Counted from the stretch's first letter, positions 1-9,930 are shown. The stretch: DNA of 32,031 nt from Candidatus Magasanikiibacteriota bacterium (GCA_026396555.1 JAPLWO010000064.1:1-32031); one strand, 5' to 3'. The notes: generated by a model from the sequence alone, not told the origin. Program-made: numbers and translations.

Positions 1-1
1 G

Positions 2-1465
2 GGCAAATGCGTCTACTGTCCGACTGAAGTGCGCATGCCGAAAAGTTATATTGAAACAGAACCTGCAGCACAACGTGCGCTTAAAAATAATTTTGATCCG
101 TATAACCAAATTATTTCGCGTCTACGCGCGCTGGAAAATAATGGACACCCAACTGATAAAATTGAATTAATCGTCAAAGGTTGTACCTGGTCTGCGTATC
201 GTTGGGATTATCAGCTCTGGTTTATTCGTCGTTGCTTTGATGCGTGTAATGATTTCGGGTCTGAGCGAACAACCGAATCAAATGCGATTACCCGCGATCA
301 CGAATCTGGAACATTTAAATTTGTCGATTTGCCAGACATGCAAACGCACGACGTGATTAGCAAATTTACCAATGAAGAATTAGTTCGTCTCGAAGCTGCG
401 CAAGTTTTCAACGAATCGTCGGCGCACCGTGTGATTGGTTTGACGCTCGAAACGCGACCAGATTGGATTCGTCCACACACGATGTGGCAACTTCGAACGC
501 TTGGCTGTACACGCGTCGAACTTGGATTGCAGCACACCGACGACGACATTCTCGCACTCACGAAACGCGGACACACGATCGAACAGACCGCAGAGGCAAT
601 GGAATTATTGCGCCATGCAGGTTTTAAAGTTGATGTGCATACCATGCCACAACTTCCGGGATCAACACCGGAAAAAGATTATGCGATGTTCGAAAAAATT
701 TTTAATGACGAAAAATTGCGTCCTGACATGCTTAAAATTTATCCGTGCGTGGTAACACCTACCGCGGAAATTGCTGAGTGGTACGCGGCTGGATCGTACA
801 CGCCATACCCAACACCAGATTTAGTTGAAATGCTCGTGCGTGTAAAATCAAATTTAATTCCGCGCTACTGTCGCATTTCGCGTTTGATTCGCGATATTCC
901 AGGCGACGAAATTATCGCGGGAAATTTAGTAACGAATTTACGCGAAACAATTCAACACGAACTCGGTGTTCGTGGTTTAAAATGCGTTTGTTTGCGTTGT
1001 CGTGAGATTGGTCACGCGTCACAACATTCTCCCGCTCTCCTCTTACAGCTCGGCGACGCGACTGTATTTATTGATGAATACCGCGCGTCTGACGGAACGG
1101 AATATTTTTTGAGCATCGAGGATGCGGAGCGCCGCGCTGTTTTTGCGTTCGCCCGTCTCTATATTCCAGACGCAAACGCAACTGAAATGGTAGAAAAATT
1201 ACATGAATTACTTCCAGAAACGCGAAATACTGCATTTATTCGAGAACTCCATACATATGGATTTTTGGTTCCACTTACCGGCGACAACACCAAAGATCAA
1301 CAGCATAAAGGACTGGGCAAGAAATTAATGCTCGCAGCTGAAGAAGTCGCGCGCAAACACGGTCGCCCGACCATGACCGTTATTTCTGGAATCGGAGTTC
1401 GTGGATATTACGAAAAAATCGGTTATCGACGAGTTGGCACGTACATGGTAAAATCGTTGCAGTAA
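2..1465 (+). CDS. elp3: Elp3-type radical SAM + GNAT acetyltransferase (tRNA U34 modification enzyme homologue), 5' end cut by the window edge
   Basis: The frame of ORF 29..1465 stays open back to nt 2 and reads GKCVYCPTE, the end of a CxxxCxxC radical-SAM cluster motif, so the GTG at 29 is not the real start. The C-terminus HKGLGKKLMLAAEEVARKHG...VISGIGVRGYYEKIGYRRVGTYMVKSL matches the Elp3 GNAT end as I remember it. Confidence 0.85.
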   Translation, partial: GKCVYCPTEVRMPKSYIETEPAAQRALKNNFDPYNQIISRLRALENNGHPTDKIELIVKGCTWSAYRWDYQLWFIRRCFDACNDFGSERTTESNAITRDHESGTFKFVDLPDMQTHDVISKFTNEELVRLEAAQVFNESSAHRVIGLTLETRPDWIRPHTMWQLRTLGCTRVELGLQHTDDDILALTKRGHTIEQTAEAMELLRHAGFKVDVHTMPQLPGSTPEKDYAMFEKIFNDEKLRPDMLKIYPCVVTPTAEIAEWYAAGSYTPYPTPDLVEMLVRVKSNLIPRYCRISRLIRDIPGDEIIAGNLVTNLRETIQHELGVRGLKCVCLRCREIGHASQHSPALLLQLGDATVFIDEYRASDGTEYFLSIEDAERRAVFAFARLYIPDANATEMVEKLHELLPETRNTAFIRELHTYGFLVPLTGDNTKDQQHKGLGKKLMLAAEEVARKHGRPTMTVISGIGVRGYYEKIGYRRVGTYMVKSLQ

Positions 1466-1484
1466 TTTAGCTTAACCGTCGCCT

Positions 1485-2783
1485 ATGTTGTACCCTCACC
1501 TTGCTGAGCGCGATCCTGAAATTCGCAACATTATTTTGAAAGAATTGACTCGACGTCGCCACGGAATCGATATGATTCCGTCAGAAAATGTAACGTCCGT
1601 CGCTGTTTTGGACGCATTAGGCTCAATTTTGACCGATAAATACGCCGAGGGTTATCCAGGAAAACGATATTACGGTGGCAATGAATATATTGACCAAATC
1701 GAAGAACTCGCGCGCGAACGCGCTAAAGCGTTATTCGGCGTTTCCCATGCGAACGTACAGCCGTATTCTGGCTCTCCTGCGAACCAGGCAGTGTACATGG
1801 CGCTCTGTAACCCCGGTGACACGGTCATGGGTCTCGCGCTCTCATACGGCGGACATTTGACGCATGGACTCGGTGTAAATTTTTCTGGAATTTATTACAA
1901 ACCAGTCAATTATAAAACAACACCTGACGGCTATATCGACTACGACGGATTAGAAGCGCTCGCAAAAGAACATCGTCCAAAAATGATGATCTGTGGAACG
2001 ACTGCATATTCACGTGTTATTGATTTTGAACGTATCGCTGCAATTGCAAAATCTGTTGACGCATTTTTACTCGCAGACATTTCGCATATCGCGGGATTAG
2101 TAGTCGGTGGTGCGCACCCATCACCGGTCGGACACGCAGACGTGATCACAACCACCACGCACAAAACATTACGCGGTCCGCGCGGTGCAATGATTCTCTG
2201 TAATGGAAATCCATCGAATCCGTTAAAAGCACCAGAACGTACACGCGAAAATATTCCTAGCTTAGTTGATCGTGCCGTTTTTCCAGGTTTGCAAGGCGGT
2301 CCGCATAATCATCAAACAGCCGCAATAGCAGTCGCATTAAAAGAAGCGTCTGAACCTACGTTTAAAATCTATGCAGCGCAAGTTGTCGCAAATGCGCGTG
2401 CACTCGCAGCAGCACTGATCGAAAAAGGCTGCTCAATTGTTACGGGCGGAACTGATACACATCTTATGATTATGGATGTTACGTCGCTCGGCATCAGCGG
2501 CGGACAGGCTGAACTCGCACTTGGAAAAGCTGGAATCACCGTTAATAAAAATACAATTCCAAATGATCCACGCAAACCATTTGATCCATCAGGTATCCGA
2601 TTTGGAACTCCTGCACTCACCAGCCGTGGCATGAAAGAAGCTGAAGTGCGTGAAATTGCAGAATATATGCACGCAGCGTTAACTCATAGCGAAGACGAAG
2701 TATTTTTGAATGATATCCGAACAAAAGTTGATGCACTTGCAACGAAATTTATTCCATATCCTGAACTTGATCCGACCGTATGA
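1485..2783 (+). CDS. glyA: Serine hydroxymethyltransferase
   Basis: 432-aa ORF starting at ATG 1485. SHMT motifs present: IPSENVTS, YAEGYPGKRYYGG, and VITTTTHKTLRGPRG (PLP-lysine motif). Confidence 0.95.
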   Translation: MLYPHLAERDPEIRNIILKELTRRRHGIDMIPSENVTSVAVLDALGSILTDKYAEGYPGKRYYGGNEYIDQIEELARERAKALFGVSHANVQPYSGSPANQAVYMALCNPGDTVMGLALSYGGHLTHGLGVNFSGIYYKPVNYKTTPDGYIDYDGLEALAKEHRPKMMICGTTAYSRVIDFERIAAIAKSVDAFLLADISHIAGLVVGGAHPSPVGHADVITTTTHKTLRGPRGAMILCNGNPSNPLKAPERTRENIPSLVDRAVFPGLQGGPHNHQTAAIAVALKEASEPTFKIYAAQVVANARALAAALIEKGCSIVTGGTDTHLMIMDVTSLGISGGQAELALGKAGITVNKNTIPNDPRKPFDPSGIRFGTPALTSRGMKEAEVREIAEYMHAALTHSEDEVFLNDIRTKVDALATKFIPYPELDPTV

Positions 2784-3604
2784 TTTTGTCCGGAACCGCT
2801 CTCAGCGAGGAAATGCTCGCTCTTGTCCAAAATACTGTTGCCGAAAGTGGTTTGACACCTCGCCTCGCGGTTATTCAGGTTGGCAGCGATGCAGCGAGCG
2901 ATATTTACGTGTCGCTCAAATCAAAAATTGCTGCGCGTGTTGGAATTGCGCTCGAAAAATTTCATCAAGATTCTGCAACAACTGAACAACTCATCGAGTT
3001 AATCCACTCATTAAACGAACGTGCGGATGTTGACGCAATTTTAGTGCAGCTTCCATTGCCTGCAGGAATTGATACTGACGCGATTATTTCTGCGATCGAT
3101 CCAAAAAAAGATGTTGATGGTTTCCATCCAAAAAATATTGGTGCATACGTCACCGGTCAAGCAGTTCACACCCCTGTTTTATTACAAGCGATTGAATGGC
3201 TGCTCGGAAAAACAGGCGAAAAGTTTTCCGGAAAACAAGCGGTCGTCGTTGGAAAGTCAGATGTTTTTTTGCAACCACTCAGTTATTTACTCGCATTTCA
3301 TGGCATGCAGGTTTCAGAAATTAAACCCGCGGAACTTTCGGCTGAAAAAACGCGCGATGCAGATGTGCTCATCGTAGCAACCGGTAAACCAAAAACAATT
3401 ACCGCAGACATGGTAAAAGATGGCGCGATTGTAATTGATATTGGAATCAATCGGCTTGATGATGGAAAAATCGTCGGCGATGTTGATTTTGAATCCGTAC
3501 AACAAAAAGCTGCGTGGATCACGCCAACCCCGGGAGGCGTTGGACCTGTCACCATCGCAGCTTTAATGTGGAATACGCTTCGTTTAGCTCTCGATCGTTC
3601 CTAA
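2780..3604 (+). CDS. folD: Bifunctional methylenetetrahydrofolate dehydrogenase / methenyl-THF cyclohydrolase
   Basis: The start ATG overlaps the glyA stop (ATGA at 2780-2783). Motifs present: LAVIQVGSDAASDIYV, DVDGFHP, VVVGKSDV, and PTPGGVGPVTIA. Confidence 0.93.
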   Translation: MILSGTALSEEMLALVQNTVAESGLTPRLAVIQVGSDAASDIYVSLKSKIAARVGIALEKFHQDSATTEQLIELIHSLNERADVDAILVQLPLPAGIDTDAIISAIDPKKDVDGFHPKNIGAYVTGQAVHTPVLLQAIEWLLGKTGEKFSGKQAVVVGKSDVFLQPLSYLLAFHGMQVSEIKPAELSAEKTRDADVLIVATGKPKTITADMVKDGAIVIDIGINRLDDGKIVGDVDFESVQQKAAWITPTPGGVGPVTIAALMWNTLRLALDRS

Positions 3605-5662
3605 CACGCGCACATCGTTGACTGACGCATGATATTCAACCACCTCGTTTCGTGGCGTCACAAGATACGCGTGTTCTCTATCGTTTAAGAACACGCGTAC
3701 AATCGTACCGTCTGGTTTTTTTACTGCAACTTCAGCTGGAAACGGTTCTGGTAACATACCTAATTCTCTAAAACGATTACCATGACCATCGAGGTCTCTT
3801 AATTTTGTTGCAACGCGTCCGTCAGCCTCAAAATAGATATCATTCATGTGTTCGTAAATTGGATGCATGCGCTCGCCCAATGTTTTATACATCCACACTC
3901 GTTCTGGTTTATCAACAAACCGTTTTCCTTCAAACTGACCACGGAATTTCATTGATTGATGTTTGTCAGCTTCCCACACATTCACTACGCCATCTCCCGC
4001 ATCCTGATAATACGTTTGCGGTTTTCCAGATTGGTCAAATTCAAAATACCCAGGACGCTCACGTCGTGTGTTTCGCGCGATTTCAATCCGAAAACCAAAT
4101 GGCGCGCGCGAATCCTGAATCGCAGTTAAACGATCACCCTCATAGATCGGCGTTTGAATAATTCCGTGCGACATAAACGTGCGCTGCTTTTTATCTCCCG
4201 CCTCATACACCCAACCTTTGTGCAAAAACTGCGCCGTCTCGCGTGTGAGCATGGGGCCCGTTTTTGTTGTATCAAATGTTTTTATCAGCTCATACACATG
4301 AGATTTGATCGATCTCCCTGGATCAACATCCATGGAATGTCGTAGCCCCATCTCCACCGTTTCTGTGCCTTGTGTGGTTGCGGTACCAGGTGCTGGAGGA
4401 GTCCCACGCTCATCAATCGTCCGCTCTTCCAACAACGCAGCGATCCACGGAAGATCATTATCTGGAAGTAACGAAAGATGCTGTACACCATTACCCAATC
4501 GACGTGATAAATCCTGTTCAACTTGTGCGAGTTGCTCCTCGATAAATACGAGCACCCGTCCTTGCTGTTCACGCAGCTCTGGCGCAACGTACGGAATTGT
4601 TTCGTGATATGCGACCAACAGTCCTTTGAGGGGATCCCGCTCGATCGCTGATTTAAGCGGAATTGTTTTTTGAATAGTACGCTCCAATTCCTTAACAATT
4701 TGCTGCTGAATTCCAAGTAAATACGCTGGAAAATCAATGGTCGGTTGTGTTTTATCAATTAGTCTTCGATGTGCCATTAATTCTTGTGGTGTTGCGTCAG
4801 CGCCCGCCGCTACTGCACCACCCGCATCAAACATACCTGTTGCACGCGCCGAACCTGCTTCCAACATCCACGGTTCAATTGCTGCAGGCGCGTTGTGACG
4901 TGTGCCATTCAAACTACTTAACACGGTTCCCTCAGGCGATTGTGTCATTCCGGAGCGAGCATTTGGTCGAGACCAACGAAATAAGTTTCTCGTCGCATCT
5001 ATTGCAGCCACACCTGATCCGTTTCGTTCTCCCCATCCATACAATCGTGCAAAATCTATATCCTCCAGCTCGTCAATTACCGCGCTGGTTTGTAATGCGA
5101 CTAGATCTTGTTGAAGTGCAGCAATTTCTCGATTCAGTTGTTCTTCACTCGCAAAATTTTTCTGAGCAATATCTTTTTCATGCGCAAAAAACGCTTTCAC
5201 ATTTCCAAAGAATCTTAGATGTTTTTTTCGCGCATCCAAAAGCACCGACAACGCAGTCTGCTTCTCTTTGATTTGTTCTGGAATTCGAATGAGTCGATCA
5301 GCGCGCTCATCAAATCGCAAACGATCTTCTGTGCTCAAACTTTCGAACCAGTCATCAACAATAAATTTATTCCAATTTTCTGCTTCTTCGTGCCCAAAGC
5401 CGAGAGGAGCAGATAATTTTTCCCCCTCTTTCACGGCCATGTACAGTTCATACATACGATGCGGATTGCGCTCAAACATTCCACCTAATAATCGACGATA
5501 CCCAACAATACGCGATGCACGCATCTGTTCTTCAACTTCGCGCGGTGCTTTTGGCTCAGCTTCGCGTCGAGCCGCTGCAATAAAATCATGCTTCGCATCT
5601 TGACTCAATCCTTCCCACCAGTTCATGACGATCGGCTGCCAAATATACATCCACTGCTTCAA
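3584..5662 (-). CDS. Hypothetical large protein (~680-692 aa), last gene of the orphan operon
   Basis: Uninterrupted 692-codon ORF. The track start at 5662 is TTG; in-frame ATGs lie at 5650 and 5626. It overlaps the stop of the upstream 153-aa ORF (5586). It has a Gly/Ala-rich middle and a beta-looking C-terminal third. I recognise no family motif, and the start codon is uncertain. Confidence 0.7.
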   Translation of the reverse strand: MKQWMYIWQPIVMNWWEGLSQDAKHDFIAAARREAEPKAPREVEEQMRASRIVGYRRLLGGMFERNPHRMYELYMAVKEGEKLSAPLGFGHEEAENWNKFIVDDWFESLSTEDRLRFDERADRLIRIPEQIKEKQTALSVLLDARKKHLRFFGNVKAFFAHEKDIAQKNFASEEQLNREIAALQQDLVALQTSAVIDELEDIDFARLYGWGERNGSGVAAIDATRNLFRWSRPNARSGMTQSPEGTVLSSLNGTRHNAPAAIEPWMLEAGSARATGMFDAGGAVAAGADATPQELMAHRRLIDKTQPTIDFPAYLLGIQQQIVKELERTIQKTIPLKSAIERDPLKGLLVAYHETIPYVAPELREQQGRVLVFIEEQLAQVEQDLSRRLGNGVQHLSLLPDNDLPWIAALLEERTIDERGTPPAPGTATTQGTETVEMGLRHSMDVDPGRSIKSHVYELIKTFDTTKTGPMLTRETAQFLHKGWVYEAGDKKQRTFMSHGIIQTPIYEGDRLTAIQDSRAPFGFRIEIARNTRRERPGYFEFDQSGKPQTYYQDAGDGVVNVWEADKHQSMKFRGQFEGKRFVDKPERVWMYKTLGERMHPIYEHMNDIYFEADGRVATKLRDLDGHGNRFRELGMLPEPFPAEVAVKKPDGTIVRVFLNDREHAYLVTPRNEVVEYHASVNDVRVLGTIES

Positions 5663-6047
5663 ACCGAAACTTTTCCTGCATCGGTGGATATGGCGTTGCG
5701 GGAGCTAATTTCATGTATGATTCGAGCGGCACCTCTGTTTCTGCTTTTGGCTCTACTTTTGGTTCTGGTCCTGTTTTTACAGTTTCATTTTTTTCAATTC
5801 CTGCCAAAACATGCGGCATCATATCTTCAACCAACCCTGCGGCTGTGCGCTCGAGCTCCTCATTATCTTTCGCCTCTAACGGCTCCATAACGATCGGTAG
5901 CATGTCGTTTAATAACGCACGTGCTAAATCTGCAATTTCTTTTGATTCGGCAGAATCACGATGTGGTCGTCGTTTATTGTCATGCTGACCCGGCGTCCCA
6001 TTTCCTGGCTGTAAATCCGTTGAATTGTTTGGTAAACCTTCAGCCAT
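5586..6047 (-). CDS. Hypothetical acidic, Pro/Glu-rich (probably disordered) 153-aa protein
   Basis: The ATG at 6047 lies 1 nt after the TAA (6049-6051) of the upstream 1220-aa gene, and its 3' end overlaps the next ORF. It has low-complexity composition (EPKVEPKAETE) and no recognisable domain. Confidence 0.55.
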   Translation of the reverse strand: MAEGLPNNSTDLQPGNGTPGQHDNKRRPHRDSAESKEIADLARALLNDMLPIVMEPLEAKDNEELERTAAGLVEDMMPHVLAGIEKNETVKTGPEPKVEPKAETEVPLESYMKLAPATPYPPMQEKFRFEAVDVYLAADRHELVGRIESRCEA

Positions 6048-6048
6048 A

Positions 6049-9000
6049 TTATTCAGCTTTTTCAGACTTCAAACCCCACACTTCCTGTAATTTTCTAAGC
6101 CATAATTCATCAAGCTCTTCACGCCGTTCTGCGAGAATATCTCTATACGCAATCAGTCCTGAGCTTTCAATAAATGCCCGACGATATGCAAGCCAAAATT
6201 TCTCAGTTCCAAAAAATTTGCTTTGTTCATACGCAGTACGTATTTTATCAGTTGGTGGAGCTGACGCCATTTGCAACATTGTTTTTTCAGCATCATCATA
6301 AATCGTTTCGTCCATATCTTCGTCATATCGCTCAAGATGCTTATACACCTCATTATCATTTTCAACTTTCATGCGATCATGCAGCGCACGTCGAATTTCG
6401 GTGAACGATTTTACAATAGTCTCGCGCAATTTTCGTCCATCTTCTCCATAACGATTTGAATGATTTCTATTCAATCTTTGCAAAGCATCTTCATACGTTT
6501 TTTGCACCTCTGGTGCACACGACTCAAGTGCGAGACGTTTCTGCTCATCCAATAATTTAGCACCCTCTTCACCCGATAATGGTTTTTCAATTTTTCGCAT
6601 GCTTCCAAAAATTTCACCAGAAAATTTAAGACGTTTTTTGCCAACACGCGATTCTTTTCCAACTTTCCCTTCTGCTATGTCAGCATTTTCATCTGCAATA
6701 TATTCGGCAACTCCTTTTGGAGATTCAAATGTCTGGTCACCATTTTGCATAACCGCGGTCACCACTTGTTCGAAATTTTTGAATGTTGCGCTCGATGAGT
6801 TTGTAACTAAATATCGTCCATTTTTAATCACCTCACCAATCTGTCTTCCTTTTTCATCAATGTACAATCGCTCAGGAATCTGAATGCCGTCAGCCTTATT
6901 AAAGGGTGCCAAATTTATCACCGCTGTTTTTAATGACGCATTGTATGAAACATAGCAATCATATCCTGCAGCAAATGCCGCACGACCCTGAAGTTTTATG
7001 TTTTTATGTGGATCAAACAAAGTTTTTCCAAATCGTGTTTCACCTACAAATCCATCGCGTTCCAATAATCGAATTGCCGCAAGTGACGCATCGACCTGTT
7101 CACCCAATTCATGCGTCATCTCCTTCGTTTTTTCTAAATCTATATCGCCCAAATATGGACGAACATCAAGCGTCACAAAACGGCGCAGCACTTCTTGACG
7201 TAATTGTTCACGCTTATCTTCATCGCCAAGTTCTGGTCGATCAGCCAAGATTTTACTTTCGACTTCAGGCAAAACTGTTCTAAAAAATTTCACCACAACG
7301 TCATAGAACCCAAGCTTTGCCAGTTCGTTTCCAAACCCGTAAATATTTCTATCGTAATTTTCAATAATCGCACGCGTCCCTTCCCGACTTTCATATGGAC
7401 CAGTAAAACTATCCTCCTCACTCACGAACATCTGCAAATAATCGCGCAGCGCCATTTCCTCAGGAAGATCACCATCAAAAAATCCCATTTCTTTGAGCTG
7501 TCTCAATGTTGCTTCAGTTGAGCTTCTAATTTTTTTATTATCTTCATCCAGAAAAACACTTGCAACATCTTCGTTCTCAGCGCGATAAAGACCTTGTTTT
7601 CCATGTGTAATATCTAAATGAACTGCACCTGGAATATATGCGCCCTTGTTTCGTACAGAATCTGGCATGAACGGTGTGACTCGTGTTGTAATTCCTGCTT
7701 GTTCAAACAAATAAATTGCTGTTTCACCATCTAAATCTGATGGAAAATACAACGCACGCAGATTATCTGTTCCAAATGCCTCGGCAACCTCTGCACTCTG
7801 TAAACGCTCAAAAAATTTAATATACGCATCCCAATGATTTGGATTCAAAATTTTCCGAGCATTTTTTGGCGATTGTTTTTGACTTTCGAACGCTCTAAAT
7901 GCTTTAGCAGCTGATGCATGCAATTCGATTATTTCGATGATAACAGGATCAGTTACCATCGGTATCGGTTTAACTCGTCTATCTAAAAATGCTCCAAATT
8001 CATCAAAACCGTCACCCAAGACTTTTCCCGACGAACTCACCACTAAATTGAGCGGCTCTTTTTCTGAGCCCTCACGAATCAAATCAATTAATTGATGCTT
8101 ATTTTCACGACTATACGATTGTCGAAATGTGGAAATATTAAATAACGCCGGATTAATCGGTTTATTTAACTGTCTTTTTGTCGTAGACCTAAAATAATGC
8201 GACAGAGCCATGTCCACCTCAAACTGAAATTTAACTTCCTCCGGCGTCAAAATTTTTCCGTAATAATCTCCAAGTTCAATATTGCCACCCACTAATTTTG
8301 ATTCTCGTGCGCGTAGTTTCTCATCTGATTGATACCCACCGACAATTCGAACAATTGGAAATTCTCCCGTTGGTTTTCCTTCATCATCAAGTAAATATCC
8401 AGTTTTAACATCAATAATTTTGCGACCAACATCATCAAGCGAAATTTCAAAGGTTGCATCATTGGGCAACGTGTATAAACCCATGGACGGATTAAACGCA
8501 ATAGGTTGCATTGAATCTCCATCGTCAAATGCATTTTTTTCAACACCAAATTCATTTTCCTGTCCTGTCATTTCAGCTGGGTGTGTCACTAATTCGTCGG
8601 TTTCAATATCAGGCTCGCCAATCTCTTCTGTGCCTGGTTGTAACATTTCTTCGTGTTTTGGATGCATAATTTCCGCCAGTGCGTGAGACTGTTTATTACC
8701 CACTCCTTCTGTTTCATATGCGCTCTCCAAACGACGCAGCGTTTCTCCTGCAATCTGAGCGCGATAAAATAATCGCACATCGTCACTACCCGGCACCAAT
8801 TCGGCTTCACTATCAGCCAATTTTTTTAATTTTTCAACTTCTATTCTCAATAAATCTACACTTGCGCGTCCGGCTTCTTGCAAATATTCAACAGTGCGAT
8901 TTATTTTTTGCTCTCCATACACCAAAAACATATCATTCAAAACTTCCGTTTGATGATCTTTTATTTTTTCATTGATATATGTAGCAGCTGCTTTTTGCAT

Positions 9001-9711
9001 CTCAGTTCCATGATCTATATACGCAACTAATTTCGACTGAGTTCCAATTAATGTTTTAACATCAACTGCCTTATCTGATTCAAATAATTGGCCGACGGTT
9101 GATTCAAGCACCTGTGCAAATTCTTTTGATTCCAAAATTTCGTCTTCTGAAAATTCTTTTACTTGCTCAGATGCAGCCGGCTCTGGTTGTTGTGGCACAA
9201 CTTCAATCGGAGCAGATACTGGAGCTACAGGCTCTGTCTCAACTACCGTAATACCTTCCTCCTCACGATATCCAAACGCCTTTCGAACCTCCGCAAGTGT
9301 ATTTTTATCAGTATCTTCGTGCAACCCTTCCATCACCAGCTGCGCAGTCATCACCTGCAATAGTGCACCCTTCAATTTTGAAGGCTCCATTTTTTTACCT
9401 TTTGGATTATTCAATAAACTATTGATCAACGTTTCCACGCGCGCATTTGATCCGATTTTTTTTGCAGCAGCGACAATTTTTTCTGCATCCTGATCTAAAA
9501 TTGTCGCAGATTTTTTTCGAATCTCTGAATATACGCTCGCAGTCAACGTATCAAGCTTCATGACCTCTAAATCTGCTGCAAGCAAATAAATTTCATCGTT
9601 TGGATCTTTTGATTGCGCTTCGATATCCGCGATAACCTCTGTTGGCTTTTTTCCATTAATAAAAATTTGCGCGAACGCATTCTGTAATCCATTTCGATAT
9701 GACGCGCTCAT
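6049..9711 (-). CDS. Giant hypothetical protein (1220 aa from ATG 9711)
   Basis: 1222-codon open frame. The track start at 9717 is TTG. The ATG at 9709-9711 overlaps the TGA (9708-9710) of the upstream 72-aa ORF as ATGA. It contains a Pro-rich linker (VETEPVAPVSAPIEVVPQQPEPAAS), coiled-coil-like stretches, and a DHH-like motif triad near residues 657-726. No Walker A, helicase, HNH or signal-peptide motif was seen. Confidence 0.8.
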   Translation of the reverse strand: MSASYRNGLQNAFAQIFINGKKPTEVIADIEAQSKDPNDEIYLLAADLEVMKLDTLTASVYSEIRKKSATILDQDAEKIVAAAKKIGSNARVETLINSLLNNPKGKKMEPSKLKGALLQVMTAQLVMEGLHEDTDKNTLAEVRKAFGYREEEGITVVETEPVAPVSAPIEVVPQQPEPAASEQVKEFSEDEILESKEFAQVLESTVGQLFESDKAVDVKTLIGTQSKLVAYIDHGTEMQKAAATYINEKIKDHQTEVLNDMFLVYGEQKINRTVEYLQEAGRASVDLLRIEVEKLKKLADSEAELVPGSDDVRLFYRAQIAGETLRRLESAYETEGVGNKQSHALAEIMHPKHEEMLQPGTEEIGEPDIETDELVTHPAEMTGQENEFGVEKNAFDDGDSMQPIAFNPSMGLYTLPNDATFEISLDDVGRKIIDVKTGYLLDDEGKPTGEFPIVRIVGGYQSDEKLRARESKLVGGNIELGDYYGKILTPEEVKFQFEVDMALSHYFRSTTKRQLNKPINPALFNISTFRQSYSRENKHQLIDLIREGSEKEPLNLVVSSSGKVLGDGFDEFGAFLDRRVKPIPMVTDPVIIEIIELHASAAKAFRAFESQKQSPKNARKILNPNHWDAYIKFFERLQSAEVAEAFGTDNLRALYFPSDLDGETAIYLFEQAGITTRVTPFMPDSVRNKGAYIPGAVHLDITHGKQGLYRAENEDVASVFLDEDNKKIRSSTEATLRQLKEMGFFDGDLPEEMALRDYLQMFVSEEDSFTGPYESREGTRAIIENYDRNIYGFGNELAKLGFYDVVVKFFRTVLPEVESKILADRPELGDEDKREQLRQEVLRRFVTLDVRPYLGDIDLEKTKEMTHELGEQVDASLAAIRLLERDGFVGETRFGKTLFDPHKNIKLQGRAAFAAGYDCYVSYNASLKTAVINLAPFNKADGIQIPERLYIDEKGRQIGEVIKNGRYLVTNSSSATFKNFEQVVTAVMQNGDQTFESPKGVAEYIADENADIAEGKVGKESRVGKKRLKFSGEIFGSMRKIEKPLSGEEGAKLLDEQKRLALESCAPEVQKTYEDALQRLNRNHSNRYGEDGRKLRETIVKSFTEIRRALHDRMKVENDNEVYKHLERYDEDMDETIYDDAEKTMLQMASAPPTDKIRTAYEQSKFFGTEKFWLAYRRAFIESSGLIAYRDILAERREELDELWLRKLQEVWGLKSEKAE

Positions 9712-9926
9712 GCGCAACTGCTCCTCAGTTTTTTGTTCAGGTTGTATTGTTGGTTCACCAATTCGTTGTTCATGTCACATAGTAATAGTTTATACAGCTT
9801 GATAGTTAAAATCACGCGCTTCTCCACGAGCTCGATTAATCGTCCGGTTAATTCATTTTTTGTTCCGGTCGTTGCACCTGAAAGTCCGAATAGTGAAAGA
9901 ATATTTTGTTGAAGGAGCTGTGTCAT
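9708..9926 (-). CDS. Small hypothetical protein (72 aa), probably helical
   Basis: The ATG at 9926 lies 4 nt after the stop of the membrane-protein gene, and its stop overlaps the start of the giant gene (ATGA). This tight coupling on both sides is the main support for the call. No family was recognised. Confidence 0.5.
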   Translation of the reverse strand: MTQLLQQNILSLFGLSGATTGTKNELTGRLIELVEKRVILTIKLYKLLLCDMNNELVNQQYNLNKKLRSSCA

Positions 9927-9930
9927 AGAT

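Noticed and set aside
4285-5271. 157-aa (-) and 174-aa (+) ORFs nested in the ~690-aa gene
   Set aside because: They lie wholly inside a much longer uninterrupted frame and have no independent start signals. I treat them as frame shadows.
5586-5662. Programmed frameshift fusing the 153-aa and ~690-aa ORFs across their overlap
   Set aside because: There is no X-XXY-YYZ slippery heptamer or downstream pseudoknot in the overlap. In-frame ATGs (5650, 5626) give an ordinary overlapping restart.
6049-9711. Reading the giant protein as a defence ATPase, helicase or nuclease
   Set aside because: By eye I found no Walker A/B, DEAD/DExH, HNH, PD-(D/E)xK, TIR or Sir2-like motif in the 1220-aa or ~690-aa proteins. 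No defence-system label is justified from sequence inspection alone.
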